Assembly (NCBI GenBank): GCA_963722255.1
Contig: CAVRJO010000001.1
Span: forward strand, 81,007-145,006
Length of the DNA: 64,000 nucleotides
From: Candidatus Babeliales bacterium
GTDB taxonomy: Bacteria; Babelota; Babeliae; Babelales; JANWKD01
Direction: 5' to 3'
Part shown: one piece after another, positions 1-10,242 of the stretch
Numbering within the stretch: position 1 is the stretch's first letter
Layout of the letters: every line of letters starts with the position of its first letter
Made by a program: the position numbers and the translations under genes
Notes under the pieces: model-generated
Databases searched by the model: none
What the model saw: only the letters and a program-made list of their open reading frames with translations
What the model was told of the DNA's origin: nothing

Positions 1-199
1 TTCCCACATCTTACAATTTTGACTCATTTTGTAAGGCCTGGGGACGCTCTCATAACCTTGCTTACTTAGCTGAAAAGAACTATTCCAACTAAGTTCAAAT
101 AAGAACTCCAAATATTCTTTTTTTGGTTTATTGCAAATTGCAACTATTTTCTGATAACCTTACAATGGATACTAACTAAAATAGAGGAGCATTAAAATC

Positions 200-604
200 A
201 TGAAAAAACTCAACTTCTTGCTAGCTGTTTGTTTAATTACCATTACACTACACAGCATGGCACCGGCAAATGGACTGCATGAGCCCAATGAAGAACTCTA
301 TAAACAGGAAATTGAAAAACTAACTAAACAGCTAGAAAAAATTGTTCTGATGCCTCATGAAAAAAATAGTTTAATACATAAACTTATAAGTTATTTTAGG
401 CAAGAACCTACGATCTCAATACTTAATAATAAGAAAACCGAAGTATTATATTGCTCTATAATTCATTCGTATCATAAACTTTTAAAAGATCCTAAAAAAA
501 TAAGAATTGATAATGAACCTCTTGCTCAAATGTTTCAAGAACAGGTGCTTGGAAAAATATTGCTCCATAAAAATCAGCTTATTATTAGAGAAAATTATAG
601 GTAA
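200..604 (+). CDS. hypothetical secreted protein (N-terminal signal peptide)
   Basis: ORF preceded by GGAG Shine-Dalgarno ~10 nt upstream; hydrophobic N-terminus MKKLNFLLAVCLITITLHSMA; no recognisable domain. Confidence 0.4.
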   Translation: MKKLNFLLAVCLITITLHSMAPANGLHEPNEELYKQEIEKLTKQLEKIVLMPHEKNSLIHKLISYFRQEPTISILNNKKTEVLYCSIIHSYHKLLKDPKKIRIDNEPLAQMFQEQVLGKILLHKNQLIIRENYR

Positions 605-637
605 TTATATTCAATCAAATCTAAAAGGGAGACCCTT

Positions 638-1282
638 ATGAAGAAACAACTACTTTTACTCACTCTCGGTGCAATCATTGCATCACCATTATGCGCTAAT
701 GGTCAAAAAAGAAAACACCATGGCGGCAGAAAAACAGGTATTATTGGAGCAGCAAGACAAGAGTATCGCAACACCTTTAATATCATTAATGCCAATGCTA
801 ACCAACTCAACCCACAAGAAAAACAGGGCCTCATCAGTAGTTTAATTGCACATTTTAATGGCAAAGCAGGACTTCCTCGTTTCAATCAACAACAACAAGA
901 AATTTACGCGGCAGTAACAAAAACCTTTGATGATTTAAAAAAATTCGAAGCTGAAAAAGCAACTAAAAAAGCCGCAAGAAAATCAAAACTCTTAGGAACT
1001 GAAGGTAGAAAAAAGCATGTACAGAGAAGACATTATTCTCCTTCACGCCACTTTGCTCAAAAAGTCTTAGGAACTATTCTGTATCCTAACCCAACCCCAG
1101 CTCTTACTGTTAAACCAGCAGGAGCAACAGCACAAAAATTAACAAGTCCCGCACTTCCACTTAAAAAGTCTTGGAAAGGAACAACGCGTATTGGTACTGA
1201 AGGCATTAGCCCAGAAAAAATTTATGCACCAAGAACCCTTGGACCTAAATCAGGAACTACAAGAGCAGGCGTTATTCGATAA
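638..1282 (+). CDS. hypothetical secreted, lysine/basic-rich protein
   Basis: GGGAG SD upstream; signal-peptide-like N-terminus; low-complexity basic C-terminal half; no recognisable domain. Confidence 0.4.
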   Translation: MKKQLLLLTLGAIIASPLCANGQKRKHHGGRKTGIIGAARQEYRNTFNIINANANQLNPQEKQGLISSLIAHFNGKAGLPRFNQQQQEIYAAVTKTFDDLKKFEAEKATKKAARKSKLLGTEGRKKHVQRRHYSPSRHFAQKVLGTILYPNPTPALTVKPAGATAQKLTSPALPLKKSWKGTTRIGTEGISPEKIYAPRTLGPKSGTTRAGVIR

Positions 1283-1416
1283 ATAAATAGTAATTTTAGG
1301 TAATAAGTATGTAAACTGCTTTGTTTATATACTTATTACTTTTTACTGCAATTTCTATTAAAAATACTAAAAAACATTTGAAACAAATGGTCGTATATTG
1401 ACACAAAACTGAAGAA

Positions 1417-1519
1417 TGTCATTGCGAGCGAATGCGTGGCAACCCAGTTATAAAGACTTTTCATTGTAACTACTGGGTCACCACGTCGTAAAACTCCTCG
1501 TGATGACATGGTGTTTAAT
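1417..1519. repeat. imperfect ~100-bp palindromic element (full copy A); a half-copy recurs at 31521..31570 in opposite orientation
   Basis: Arms gtcattgcgag / ctcgtgatgac, gcgtgg / ccacgt and caacccagtt / aactactgggt pair, with G-U wobbles only when read as plus-strand RNA. Positions 1470-1519 (tactgggtcaccacgtcgtaaaactcctcgtgatgacatggtgtttaat) closely match the reverse complement of 31521-31570. Confidence 0.55.
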
Positions 1520-1601
1520 TTGTTAGTTCTGCTTGTAAAAATATAAATTTATTCATCAAATTGAGTTAGCCAATCTTTTGGAAAAACATTTCAAATCAGC
1601 T

Positions 1602-4250
1602 TTAACCTTCTTCTTTAAGTTGCCACAAAATATCAAAAGCCTTTTTAGGCGATAAGTTATTATAATCAACTTCACCAATAATATTTGTAACTCTCGTGCT
1701 CATCAATAACGTATTTTCCAAGTACACAACTTGATCTATTAAATTTTTATTTTCTCTACGTAATTGGCTTAACTCAGAATCTTTCAAATTAGTTTTTGGC
1801 AAATTAGTTTCTGGCTCATCATAATCACAATTTTTGTACTTATTTTCTGCATTTTCTAATAGTTCTAGAATCTCTTGAGAACGCCGAATAACTGAATGTG
1901 GAAGACCCGCAAACTTTGCAACTTCAACACCAAAACTACCGTCTGCGACTCCCTTTTCGATTTTATGCAATAATAAAATTCCTTCCTGAGTTTTTTTACT
2001 TGCAGCATAATGACATTCAATAGCTGAAAAATCTTCGTGCAATGTAGTGAGTTCATGATAATGCGTAGCAAATAAACAAGGAGCTTTTACTGTTGTGTAA
2101 AGATATTCTATAACAGCTTGAGCAATAGCAAGCCCATCAAAGGTACTTGTACCACGTCCAATTTCATCCAAAATAATTAAGCTTTTTTCTGTTGCTTGTT
2201 CACAAATTATTGCTGTTTCTTCCATCTCAACCAAAAAAGTGCTTCTACCTTCAGCAACATTATCACCCGCACCAATTCGAGTAAAAATACGATCACGTAA
2301 GGAAATAATTGCCGAATCAGCAGGAACAAATGAACCTATTTGCGCCATAAGCGTAATAAGCGCAACTTGCCTCAAGTAGGTGGATTTACCCCCCATGTTA
2401 GGTCCAGTAAGTATCCAAAAAAAATTTTCATTTTTTAAGAAAGTAGAATTTGCAATAAAGGAATGCAATAACCGTTGAGCAATAATAGGATGTTTACCAT
2501 TAACAATTTCAATACATGTTCCATCGCTTAATACCGGTCGAATATATCCTAATTGGTAGGCAACTTGAGAAAGGCCAAAAAGTGCATCAAGATGTGCTAA
2601 CAAGAATGCTAGCTTACGCAGTTCAGCGCCAAAATGCATAACATCACGCTTTACTTGCTCAAAAATTTCTCGCTCCAATTGATTGATCTGATTTTTTGCA
2701 ATAAGCACATCAGCCTCTATCGATTTTAGCTCTACCGTTGTAAAGCGATCTTTTGCCACAAGTGATTGCGATCGAATAAAATAATCTGGAATCAAATGCG
2801 TATTGGCTTTAGTAACCTCAATATAATAACCGTGAATATGGTTATAACGAACTTTTAATGAATTAATACCTGTTTTTTGTTGTTCGCGTTGTTCTAATTG
2901 AGTAAGAATAACTGTTTGATCATCGATTAATGAACGTAAATGATCCAGCTGTTGGTTAAAACCTGTTTTAATAATCCATTCTCTTGTTGTATCAGTATTA
3001 AAGGCTGCTACAAGCAAGCTTTGCAACTCTGAAAAATTACCAATTTGTTGTGCAAAGCGTTGCAAATAGATTGATTCGGGCCGATTTATAAGTTCATTTT
3101 TTAGTAAAGGAACCATCGTAAGCGCATGTGCAAGCGCATTGAAATCATGTAACGCCGCTCGCCTAAGCATAATACGGCCAACAATTCTTTCAAGATCACC
3201 AATTTCAGATAGCTGTTTTTTTACAGCATGTGACAACATAATATCTTGTACAAATTTTTGAACAACTTCCTGTCGTGCAATAATTGCTTCTTTTTTTACC
3301 AATGGACGCAATATCCATTTTTTAAGAGTCCGAGATCCCATCGCCGTAACAGCATGATCAAGATGTTCATAAAGACTATTTTTTCTACTACCATCATTCA
3401 TATTTTTAACAAGCTCAAGATTGCGTTGCGTCGCTGCATCAAGCATTAAAAAATCTTCAGGTTGATAATAGGTAAACTGATTAAAAAGCGAGAGACTTGA
3501 TTCCTGATTTTTTTTTATATAGCCATGAAAAAGGTTTAGGGCGGATTCAACGGCACTATATTTTTTTATTTGTGCTTGAAGATCGGGAGTAAACTGCTGC
3601 TGCATCCATACAGTTGCTTCAGAACATACTGCATCATTATATGGAGCTACTGTTGTATAAAAACCTAACTGTGAAAAATAGGCTCCAAAAGAATTTGCCA
3701 CTTTTTGTGATGGAATAATAATCTCATCCGGACAAAATCGACCAAGCTCAGCTTGCAATGTTTTATCAGCTGCTGCAGGAAGGATGGTTGCAAAAAGTTG
3801 CGCTGTCATTAATTCAGCAAAGAGCAACCCCCATTGATTGGCCATAGGAAAAAATGAAAAAAGATATGATGCTGATTTTTCATCTAATAATTTTGCATCA
3901 GTTAATGTTCCCGGAGTAAAAACCTGAGCAACACCACGTTCTACTACCTTTCCCGGTGTTGCAGGTTCAAGCTGATTGCATAAGGCAACTTTGAACCCTC
4001 CTTTTATCAATTTTGCAATATAAAATTCTGCAGCGTGAACAGGTACACCACATAAAGGAATGGGATCACCATTATTCTTACCGCGTGCCGTTAAGGTGAT
4101 TGCCAAAAAGGCTGCTGCTTTTTTAGCATCTTCATAGAATAGTTCATAAAAATCACCAACTTGAAATAAAAGAAGGGAATCAGGAAAATTTCTTTTAATT
4201 GCTTGATATTGCAGCATTAAAGGAGTTGTTGCCTGTATTTCTACGCTCAT
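1602..4250 (-). CDS. mutS: DNA mismatch repair protein MutS
   Basis: 882 aa; N-terminal mismatch-binding region (TPLMLQYQAIK...FYELFYEDA); Walker A TGPNMGGKSTYLRQ; ABC ATPase signature region. Confidence 0.95.
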   Translation of the reverse strand: MSVEIQATTPLMLQYQAIKRNFPDSLLLFQVGDFYELFYEDAKKAAAFLAITLTARGKNNGDPIPLCGVPVHAAEFYIAKLIKGGFKVALCNQLEPATPGKVVERGVAQVFTPGTLTDAKLLDEKSASYLFSFFPMANQWGLLFAELMTAQLFATILPAAADKTLQAELGRFCPDEIIIPSQKVANSFGAYFSQLGFYTTVAPYNDAVCSEATVWMQQQFTPDLQAQIKKYSAVESALNLFHGYIKKNQESSLSLFNQFTYYQPEDFLMLDAATQRNLELVKNMNDGSRKNSLYEHLDHAVTAMGSRTLKKWILRPLVKKEAIIARQEVVQKFVQDIMLSHAVKKQLSEIGDLERIVGRIMLRRAALHDFNALAHALTMVPLLKNELINRPESIYLQRFAQQIGNFSELQSLLVAAFNTDTTREWIIKTGFNQQLDHLRSLIDDQTVILTQLEQREQQKTGINSLKVRYNHIHGYYIEVTKANTHLIPDYFIRSQSLVAKDRFTTVELKSIEADVLIAKNQINQLEREIFEQVKRDVMHFGAELRKLAFLLAHLDALFGLSQVAYQLGYIRPVLSDGTCIEIVNGKHPIIAQRLLHSFIANSTFLKNENFFWILTGPNMGGKSTYLRQVALITLMAQIGSFVPADSAIISLRDRIFTRIGAGDNVAEGRSTFLVEMEETAIICEQATEKSLIILDEIGRGTSTFDGLAIAQAVIEYLYTTVKAPCLFATHYHELTTLHEDFSAIECHYAASKKTQEGILLLHKIEKGVADGSFGVEVAKFAGLPHSVIRRSQEILELLENAENKYKNCDYDEPETNLPKTNLKDSELSQLRRENKNLIDQVVYLENTLLMSTRVTNIIGEVDYNNLSPKKAFDILWQLKEEG

Positions 4251-4317
4251 GCATTAAAGTCTTTCATTAAGGATTTGTTATGCATTGTAGTATACAATAA
4301 TCGGTAAAAAAATTGCA

Positions 4318-6208
4318 ATCGGGTAGGAGCGAGTGATTAACTCGCGTCCTCCCACACCACCGTACGTACCGTTCGGTATACGGCGGTTCATGTCGATACT
4401 TTCGCGAGCATCTCATAATATCTTTCAACAAGACTTACAAGCCCTTGCTCTCGCCAATAAGCGAGGCCGAGGGCTTTGTTTATTTGTGGAGTATTTGCCA
4501 GCCGCCAGTATTTCTTGTCTGAGAATGCTATGCGTCCTGCCCATTTTCCTTCGATTCCTAGGTCTTTTAACTTTGCAAGCTTGGTTTTCCCTAACTTCCA
4601 TTGTTTCAATAAACACATTCTCAATCTTCTGCGTATCCATTCGTCAAGTTCCTGGAGCACACTCTTTGTTTCGATAATACCGAAATATCCAATCCATCCA
4701 ATGAGATACTCATTGAGCTTCTTCAGTCGTTCTTTCATAGATATACCCCAATTGCGCTTCGTTAACTCGCGAATCTTCTCCTTAAACTTTATTCTGGTTT
4801 TGGGAGCGATTCGCAGCTTTACTTGCCAGCCAAAGGTGAATGAGAATCCTAGGAACTTTCTTCTCGATGGATAGTCTATTGCACTCTTTTGTACATTTAT
4901 ATTGAGCTTCAATCGTTCTTGTAGAAACTTCATTATACTTGCATACACTCTTTGTCCCGCTCGCTTGCTTGCTACGTAGATGTTGCAGTCATCGGCGTAT
5001 CGAACAAAAGAGTGTCCTCTTTGTGTAAGTTCTTTATCAAGATCATTCAGTATGATATTTGATAGCAGGGGACTTATTGGGCCACCTTGCGGTGTCCCGT
5101 CCTCTGATCTCACATGACATCCATTGAGCATTACTCCCGATTGCAAGTATTTGCGGATAATTGCGTGTATGCGTTTATCTTCGACATGTTGTGCTATTTT
5201 CGACATCAGTATGTCGTGATTTACACGGTCAAAGAATTTCTCGAGATCGATATCCACCACAATTTTCTTTCCGTGTTGGATATAGGTTTGGGCTTTATGC
5301 ACAGCTTGCCGTGCACTTTTGCCTGGTCTAAATCCATAACTGAATTCTGAAAATGTAGCTTCAAATATTGGTGTCAAGACTTGTTGGATTGCCTGTTGGA
5401 TAAAGCGATCAAGTACCGTTGGAATTCCTAATTCACGCACTCCACCGTCTTGTTTCGGAATTTCGACTCGACGTACGGGAGCTGGTTTATAGGTTCCGTC
5501 AAGAAGCTCTTGTTTGATGCGATTCCAATGCTCATTCAGATATGGAAGCAGTTCATTGACCTGCATATTATCCACACCCGCCGAGCCTTTGTTTCTTTCC
5601 ACTCGTTTGAGTGCCTTCTTGAGATTATCGTACTCTACCACTTTCTCCATCAGTTGATTATTATGATTTGCCAAGATATGTTTGTTGATTTGTGTCATAA
5701 GTTTGCTCAGTACCTCATCAGGACCTGGTAGAATTCACTACCGCCTCTCAGTGATGGTTCGATTTTTTTTTTTCGATTTTCTACTTTCATTGCATTCTCG
5801 ATGTACGTATCAATCATATCTTTATCGCTCATGTTCAGGCCTTCCCGATTTTTTTTTTTCGGTACTATGCCATCTGCTGACTTCTGTCCCTCAACCTCTA
5901 TTTTCACAGAGGGTTGCCAACTTAGTCGGCGTGGAAACAGATCTCCCCGGGTAATTGCGCGCCCTTTCACCTCATCTACCTGCTCTATTTACTCTCGATA
6001 GTTTTGGCAACCATGGCTTTTGTCTTACTTGGCAGACTCATCCGCTATCGCTAGCCTCGCATAGAGTTCGTATACCTCAGGCCAAGGTTTTGCTGCCGGC
6101 TTCCTTCAGATTTCACCTCGCGATGAACACCCTTGCCTTAGGCTAATGACTTCGTTGCCTTCGTCATTCCGGACTTTCACCGGTAGGTCGCGCCCATGCC
6201 GGGCGCAC
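4318..6208 (-). mobile_element. bacterial class C (IIC) group II intron, ~1.9 kb, inserted directly downstream of a Rho-independent terminator
   Basis: On the minus strand the 5' end reads GTGCGCCCGGCATGGGCGCGACCTACCGGTGAAAGTCCGG (GUGCG start, domain I-like). Domain V-like hairpin CCGCCGTATACCGAACGGTACGTACGGTGG and domain VI-like hairpin GGGAGGACGCGAGTTAATCACTCGCTCCT(A)CCC with a bulged A lie 3' of the intron-encoded protein ORF. The intron begins just after ...GCTCCAACTTTTTTTTGG. Confidence 0.8.
4388..5698 (-). CDS. group II intron-encoded reverse transcriptase/maturase (no endonuclease domain)
   Basis: 436 aa; RT motifs including YADDCNIYV (YADD box); N-terminal ...ALKRVERNKGSAGVDNMQ...; C-terminal maturase (X) domain; the size is typical of IIC intron-encoded proteins. 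Confidence 0.9.
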   Translation of the reverse strand: MTQINKHILANHNNQLMEKVVEYDNLKKALKRVERNKGSAGVDNMQVNELLPYLNEHWNRIKQELLDGTYKPAPVRRVEIPKQDGGVRELGIPTVLDRFIQQAIQQVLTPIFEATFSEFSYGFRPGKSARQAVHKAQTYIQHGKKIVVDIDLEKFFDRVNHDILMSKIAQHVEDKRIHAIIRKYLQSGVMLNGCHVRSEDGTPQGGPISPLLSNIILNDLDKELTQRGHSFVRYADDCNIYVASKRAGQRVYASIMKFLQERLKLNINVQKSAIDYPSRRKFLGFSFTFGWQVKLRIAPKTRIKFKEKIRELTKRNWGISMKERLKKLNEYLIGWIGYFGIIETKSVLQELDEWIRRRLRMCLLKQWKLGKTKLAKLKDLGIEGKWAGRIAFSDKKYWRLANTPQINKALGLAYWREQGLVSLVERYYEMLAKVST

Positions 6209-6211
6209 CAA

Positions 6212-6245
6212 AAAAAAGTTGGAGCAAAAATTTAGCCCCAACTTT
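6212..6245 (-). terminator. Rho-independent terminator of the symporter gene; also the insertion target of the IIC intron
   Basis: Minus strand reads AAGTTGGGGCTAAATTTTTGCTCCAACTTTTTTTT, a stem-loop followed by a T8 run, immediately before the intron 5' GTGCG. Confidence 0.6.
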
Positions 6246-6252
6246 TACAAAA

Positions 6253-7695
6253 TTATTTATTTGTGATTAATGAAACACCATAAATGACAACAAATCCGGC
6301 AATAAAACCGGGTACAATTGAATAAATCGGCATAGTAGTTATCAATGGATTTATTAAATCCCAAATTGCTGAAACAAAAGCACCGCTCAGAACGCCCGCA
6401 ATTGCACCATACCTATTAACTTTTGTTGAATAGAGCGAAAGAATCATTAAAGGACCAAATGATGCTCCTAATCCTGACCATGCATATTTAACAAGTGCCA
6501 TAATAGTACTTTCTTCATTCCATGCGATTGCATAACCAACACATGCAGCAACTATCAATGCACAACGATAGACATATAAAATTTGCCGTGAAGTTGCTTG
6601 CTTATTAAATAAGTTTTTATAAAAATCTTGCGCAACAATACTTGCAAGCACCAAAAGCTGGGAATCAACGGTGGAAATGGTTGCTGCTAAAATAGCACAC
6701 AAAACAATACCTGCAAGCCAAGGATTAAAAAGACCTTTAGCCATCTCAATAAAAATAAATTCAGGTTTTCCGGGAACACCATGAGCAAAGTAGGCCAACC
6801 CAACTATACCAACCATAACCGCTGAGGTAGTAGCCAAAAGTTGCCAACTAATACCCAGATACTTTGCCTTATGCATATCACGAGCATGAGCTGCGCCCAT
6901 AAATTTTGTCAAAACATGTGGCATACCAAAATATCCTAAAGACCATGCAAAAGGATTAAGAAGAATTGATGTTAAGCTGTAGAGCGAAAAATCAGGAATT
7001 AAAGCAAGAGACACATTTCTTAGAGCAGCACCAGCAAAAATCGCTTGCAATCCACCAACATACATAAAAGCATAGACCGGCACAAATATAAGCATAGCAA
7101 GTAGAAAGAGGCCTTGAAAAAGATCTATCCAGGCAACTGAAATAAATCCACCAATCAGGGTATAACTCAGCACAACAAGAACGGCAAGAAAAATTCCGAT
7201 ATGATAATCAATATGAAATGCTGATTTTAAAACATACCCTATACCCTTTAGCCCAACAGAAAGATACACCGCAAAGAAAAAAAATGAAATAAGTGCACAA
7301 AGTGTAACTAACATCCCTGAAGCATCATTAAAACGATTTTTAAAATAGGATGCTAGAGTAACACCGCCATATTTTTCTGAAGCTATACGCAATCGTGCTG
7401 CGATAAAATGCCATGCACAAAACATGCCGCATAAAAGTCCTATTGGAATCCACACTTGCGTGCCCCCTTGCATATAAACAGCTGCAGGCAGTCCCATAAA
7501 AAGCCAATCACTCATATCAGCTGCATGAGCCGAAAGTGCCGTTAAAAACCAGTTTGTTGAGCGATCACCAAGTAAAAAGTCTGCCGTTTGTCCCGCAGGG
7601 TTGTACGTAGAACGGGAGGTGCGGGAAGCTATAAGCCCAATACATAAGACGAGCGCAAGATACACAATAAAAGAAATAATAAATGGTATATACAT
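6253..7695 (-). CDS. sodium:solute symporter family transporter (PutP/PanF-like)
   Basis: 480 aa polytopic membrane protein; N-terminal region ...FLLGDRSTNWFLTALSAHAADMSDWLFMGLPAAVYMQGG resembles SSS family signatures. Confidence 0.75.
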   Translation of the reverse strand: MYIPFIISFIVYLALVLCIGLIASRTSRSTYNPAGQTADFLLGDRSTNWFLTALSAHAADMSDWLFMGLPAAVYMQGGTQVWIPIGLLCGMFCAWHFIAARLRIASEKYGGVTLASYFKNRFNDASGMLVTLCALISFFFFAVYLSVGLKGIGYVLKSAFHIDYHIGIFLAVLVVLSYTLIGGFISVAWIDLFQGLFLLAMLIFVPVYAFMYVGGLQAIFAGAALRNVSLALIPDFSLYSLTSILLNPFAWSLGYFGMPHVLTKFMGAAHARDMHKAKYLGISWQLLATTSAVMVGIVGLAYFAHGVPGKPEFIFIEMAKGLFNPWLAGIVLCAILAATISTVDSQLLVLASIVAQDFYKNLFNKQATSRQILYVYRCALIVAACVGYAIAWNEESTIMALVKYAWSGLGASFGPLMILSLYSTKVNRYGAIAGVLSGAFVSAIWDLINPLITTMPIYSIVPGFIAGFVVIYGVSLITNK

Positions 7696-7878
7696 AGAAA
7701 CTAAACCTTTGTGCTTATTATAAAAAAAATTACCTAAATTTTGGGTAAAAAGAAGGTTTATTGAGGTGGGGCAAAAATAATCAAATTCACAAAAAACTCC
7801 TGGTTATAAGCACTTATTTTATATAATAGTCTTTTTATGGTATACTAAACTAGAATTTAATCAATAAACAAGGAACTT

Positions 7879-8871
7879 ATGAACCAAGGTGGGTTACTCC
7901 TCATAGGAATCATGCTTATATTCGTAGGGAGCAGGCAAAATCTTGCATATGAGGTGAATTTTTCCTATGATCAAACTCAACAAACTCTTAACACCCTACC
8001 TAAGAATGCAAATGCCATGGATTCTAACCAAAGCAAATCACCCTTCTTATTGGAATTTCTCTATAAAAACTTTTTTGGAACCTTAATTCGCCGAAGCCTT
8101 ACTCAAAAATGGTTTAGCATTTTTGCCGGATGGTATTGTAATAGATCATTCAGCAAATTCCATATCAAATCTTTTATAAAGCACCATGCAATTGCTATTT
8201 CAGATGCTAAAAATGGATGTGATGAATTTAGATCCTTTAATGATTTTTTTATCCGAAAATTAAAACCTGAAGCAAGGCCAATTGACCCACATCCGGATCA
8301 TATAATCTCCCCTGCCGATGGCAAGGTAATCATTATCACTAGTTGCACAAAATCAATGCGCTTTCCCGTTAAACATTCAGATTTCAACCTTGAACAATTT
8401 CTGGGGTGCACTAAACTTACTGAGCTCTTTGATGGCGGAACCATTATGATTTTCAGGCTTGCTCCACATGATTATCATCGATTCCATTTTCCTCTCGATT
8501 GCATTCCTTTAACACCTCAGATTATTCACGGTCGCTATGAATCAGTTAATCCGTTAGTTTATTATATGGGCATTCAACCACTGACAGAAAATGAGCGCCA
8601 TCTTACGCTGCTTGCAACAAAAGGGTGCGGAAACGTCGCCTTAATAAGTGTCGGCGCCTTATGTGTTGGCAAAATTATTGAAACGTACATCCCACATCAA
8701 TGGCATAAAAAAGGTGATGAAGCCGGTTATTTCTGTTTTGGCGGTTCAACGTTAGTTCTTATTTTTAAAAAAGGAATCTTAGAGGTAGAACCCGAAATTA
8801 TTCGAAATTCTCAAGAAGGCAATGAAACGCCCATTTTAATGGGCCAGAAGATCGCAAAAATTATTGCATGA
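7879..8871 (+). CDS. psd: phosphatidylserine decarboxylase proenzyme
   Basis: FRLAPHDYHRFHFP motif and the self-cleavage GST motif (FCFGGSTLVL) near the C-terminus; N-terminal hydrophobic extension, so the true start is uncertain. Confidence 0.75.
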   Translation: MNQGGLLLIGIMLIFVGSRQNLAYEVNFSYDQTQQTLNTLPKNANAMDSNQSKSPFLLEFLYKNFFGTLIRRSLTQKWFSIFAGWYCNRSFSKFHIKSFIKHHAIAISDAKNGCDEFRSFNDFFIRKLKPEARPIDPHPDHIISPADGKVIIITSCTKSMRFPVKHSDFNLEQFLGCTKLTELFDGGTIMIFRLAPHDYHRFHFPLDCIPLTPQIIHGRYESVNPLVYYMGIQPLTENERHLTLLATKGCGNVALISVGALCVGKIIETYIPHQWHKKGDEAGYFCFGGSTLVLIFKKGILEVEPEIIRNSQEGNETPILMGQKIAKIIA

Positions 8872-8905
8872 TTTTTAATAAGACCAAAAACAAGTTTTAG
8901 TATAT

Positions 8906-9952
8906 TTATTTAGTTTCATTCATAACATCAATTCGTTTATAGGAATCAAGCAAGCTAAAATTAGAAAATTCAAATCCAATTTGCGCAGTTACTGCAACCA
9001 ACTCATCATAGAAGACAATAATGCCATTTTCACTTTGTTTAGCTTTTTCTTCACATCGTAGCGCAAAATCATCAACCAATCCTTGTATCTTAGTACTTAT
9101 TGCAACCATACGCTCACCTGTCACAAGATTTGTGGTTTGAAGACTTTTATAGTGCATAAAAGCTACAACGGTTTCAATTTGCTGTATAAAGATCTTCCAA
9201 TATGCAACAAAATCTTGTAAAGCCTCAGCACGCTTATCCAGACTTAACGCTTCAATAACAATCGGTTCTTGACCCACTTGCGTTGCATTAATAGTAACTT
9301 GACGTCCTTCAACAAGTGCAGCATAGCGCTTGAGCGTATTTGAAAGATCAACTAAATTTGCTTGATCGGTAATAAACCAGTTCAAACTATTTTTGTGAAA
9401 AATCCCTGAAACAGTCCGATCAACAAAGCCATCAAGACGAGTAATATACTTTGAAATTGGGCCAAGAGCATTATTCAGGCCACTGAAGACCATGTGTGCA
9501 CCAACGCCAACCGCAATAGATTGAAACTGGTTATATACCGTTTTTTTCAACCAATGCAGCTGAGACATAATCCAGTTCCTCTGTAAATTGTGCTTTTCAT
9601 TATACATTTCCATATATGCACCAAACTTTTCAACAAAAAGTCTAAATTTATCCGGATCAAGGGGATTATGAGGTATCAGTGCCTCTTTTTTAGTTGCCGC
9701 GTGGTAAATAGCGTATACAGCTCCTCCAACCCCTGCAATAAAGCATGCTGCTGTTGTTATTTGATACACAGTATGCCATTTAAGCATTGTCTCGATTTTA
9801 GCTTGTGCTTCTTGTATAGCCTGGAAATTAGTTCGCGCCAAAGAAATCTGCGTTTGTTCAGCAGACAAAGAAAAAATAAAACTTGCAAAAATCAAGAGGT
9901 GTTTAAACTTCATAACAATCTTTCTTATACTAAATTTACAAATAGAATTCAT
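8906..9952 (-). CDS. hypothetical secreted/membrane protein
   Basis: Long ORF with hydrophobic N-terminal segment (MKFKHLLIFASFIFSLSA) and an internal TM-like segment; no recognisable domain. Confidence 0.4.
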   Translation of the reverse strand: MNSICKFSIRKIVMKFKHLLIFASFIFSLSAEQTQISLARTNFQAIQEAQAKIETMLKWHTVYQITTAACFIAGVGGAVYAIYHAATKKEALIPHNPLDPDKFRLFVEKFGAYMEMYNEKHNLQRNWIMSQLHWLKKTVYNQFQSIAVGVGAHMVFSGLNNALGPISKYITRLDGFVDRTVSGIFHKNSLNWFITDQANLVDLSNTLKRYAALVEGRQVTINATQVGQEPIVIEALSLDKRAEALQDFVAYWKIFIQQIETVVAFMHYKSLQTTNLVTGERMVAISTKIQGLVDDFALRCEEKAKQSENGIIVFYDELVAVTAQIGFEFSNFSLLDSYKRIDVMNETK

Positions 9953-10182
9953 ATTTTATAGTGTATAGAAAAAGCCTCATTTTGACAAGAGCGACTTAGA
10001 TTAGGCTATTTAAATCTTGAGTATTTATTTCTAATTGTAATTATTATATGCTATAAATAGCTTTATCTTATCCAGAAGATGAAGTCTCTTTACTCTTTAA
10101 AAAGTATAATGTCAGCAGTTTGGTACTAGTTAGTTTTTGGAATGGATATATTCAGCAAGGATGTCCGATTATTGGAGCAAGG

Positions 10183-10205
10183 AGAGGCAGCCGAAAGGGC
10201 TGCCT
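10183..10205. terminator. GC-rich hairpin with GAAAG loop (putative intrinsic terminator) between two minus-strand genes
   Basis: gaggcagcc-gaaag-ggctgcctc is a perfect 9-bp stem in an AT-rich spacer; flanking T-run is weak on both strands. Confidence 0.35.
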
Positions 10206-10242
10206 CCTATCAGATTTGATTCACAAACAAATTTAATCAATG

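Noticed and set aside
5682-6146. Several 60-90-aa ORFs (e.g. 5707..5970, lysine-rich from poly-A tracts) within the 5' part of the group II intron
   Set aside because: They overlap intron domains I-III, are in frames unrelated to the intron-encoded protein, lack RBS, and their composition is driven by A10/A11 runs, so they are spurious.
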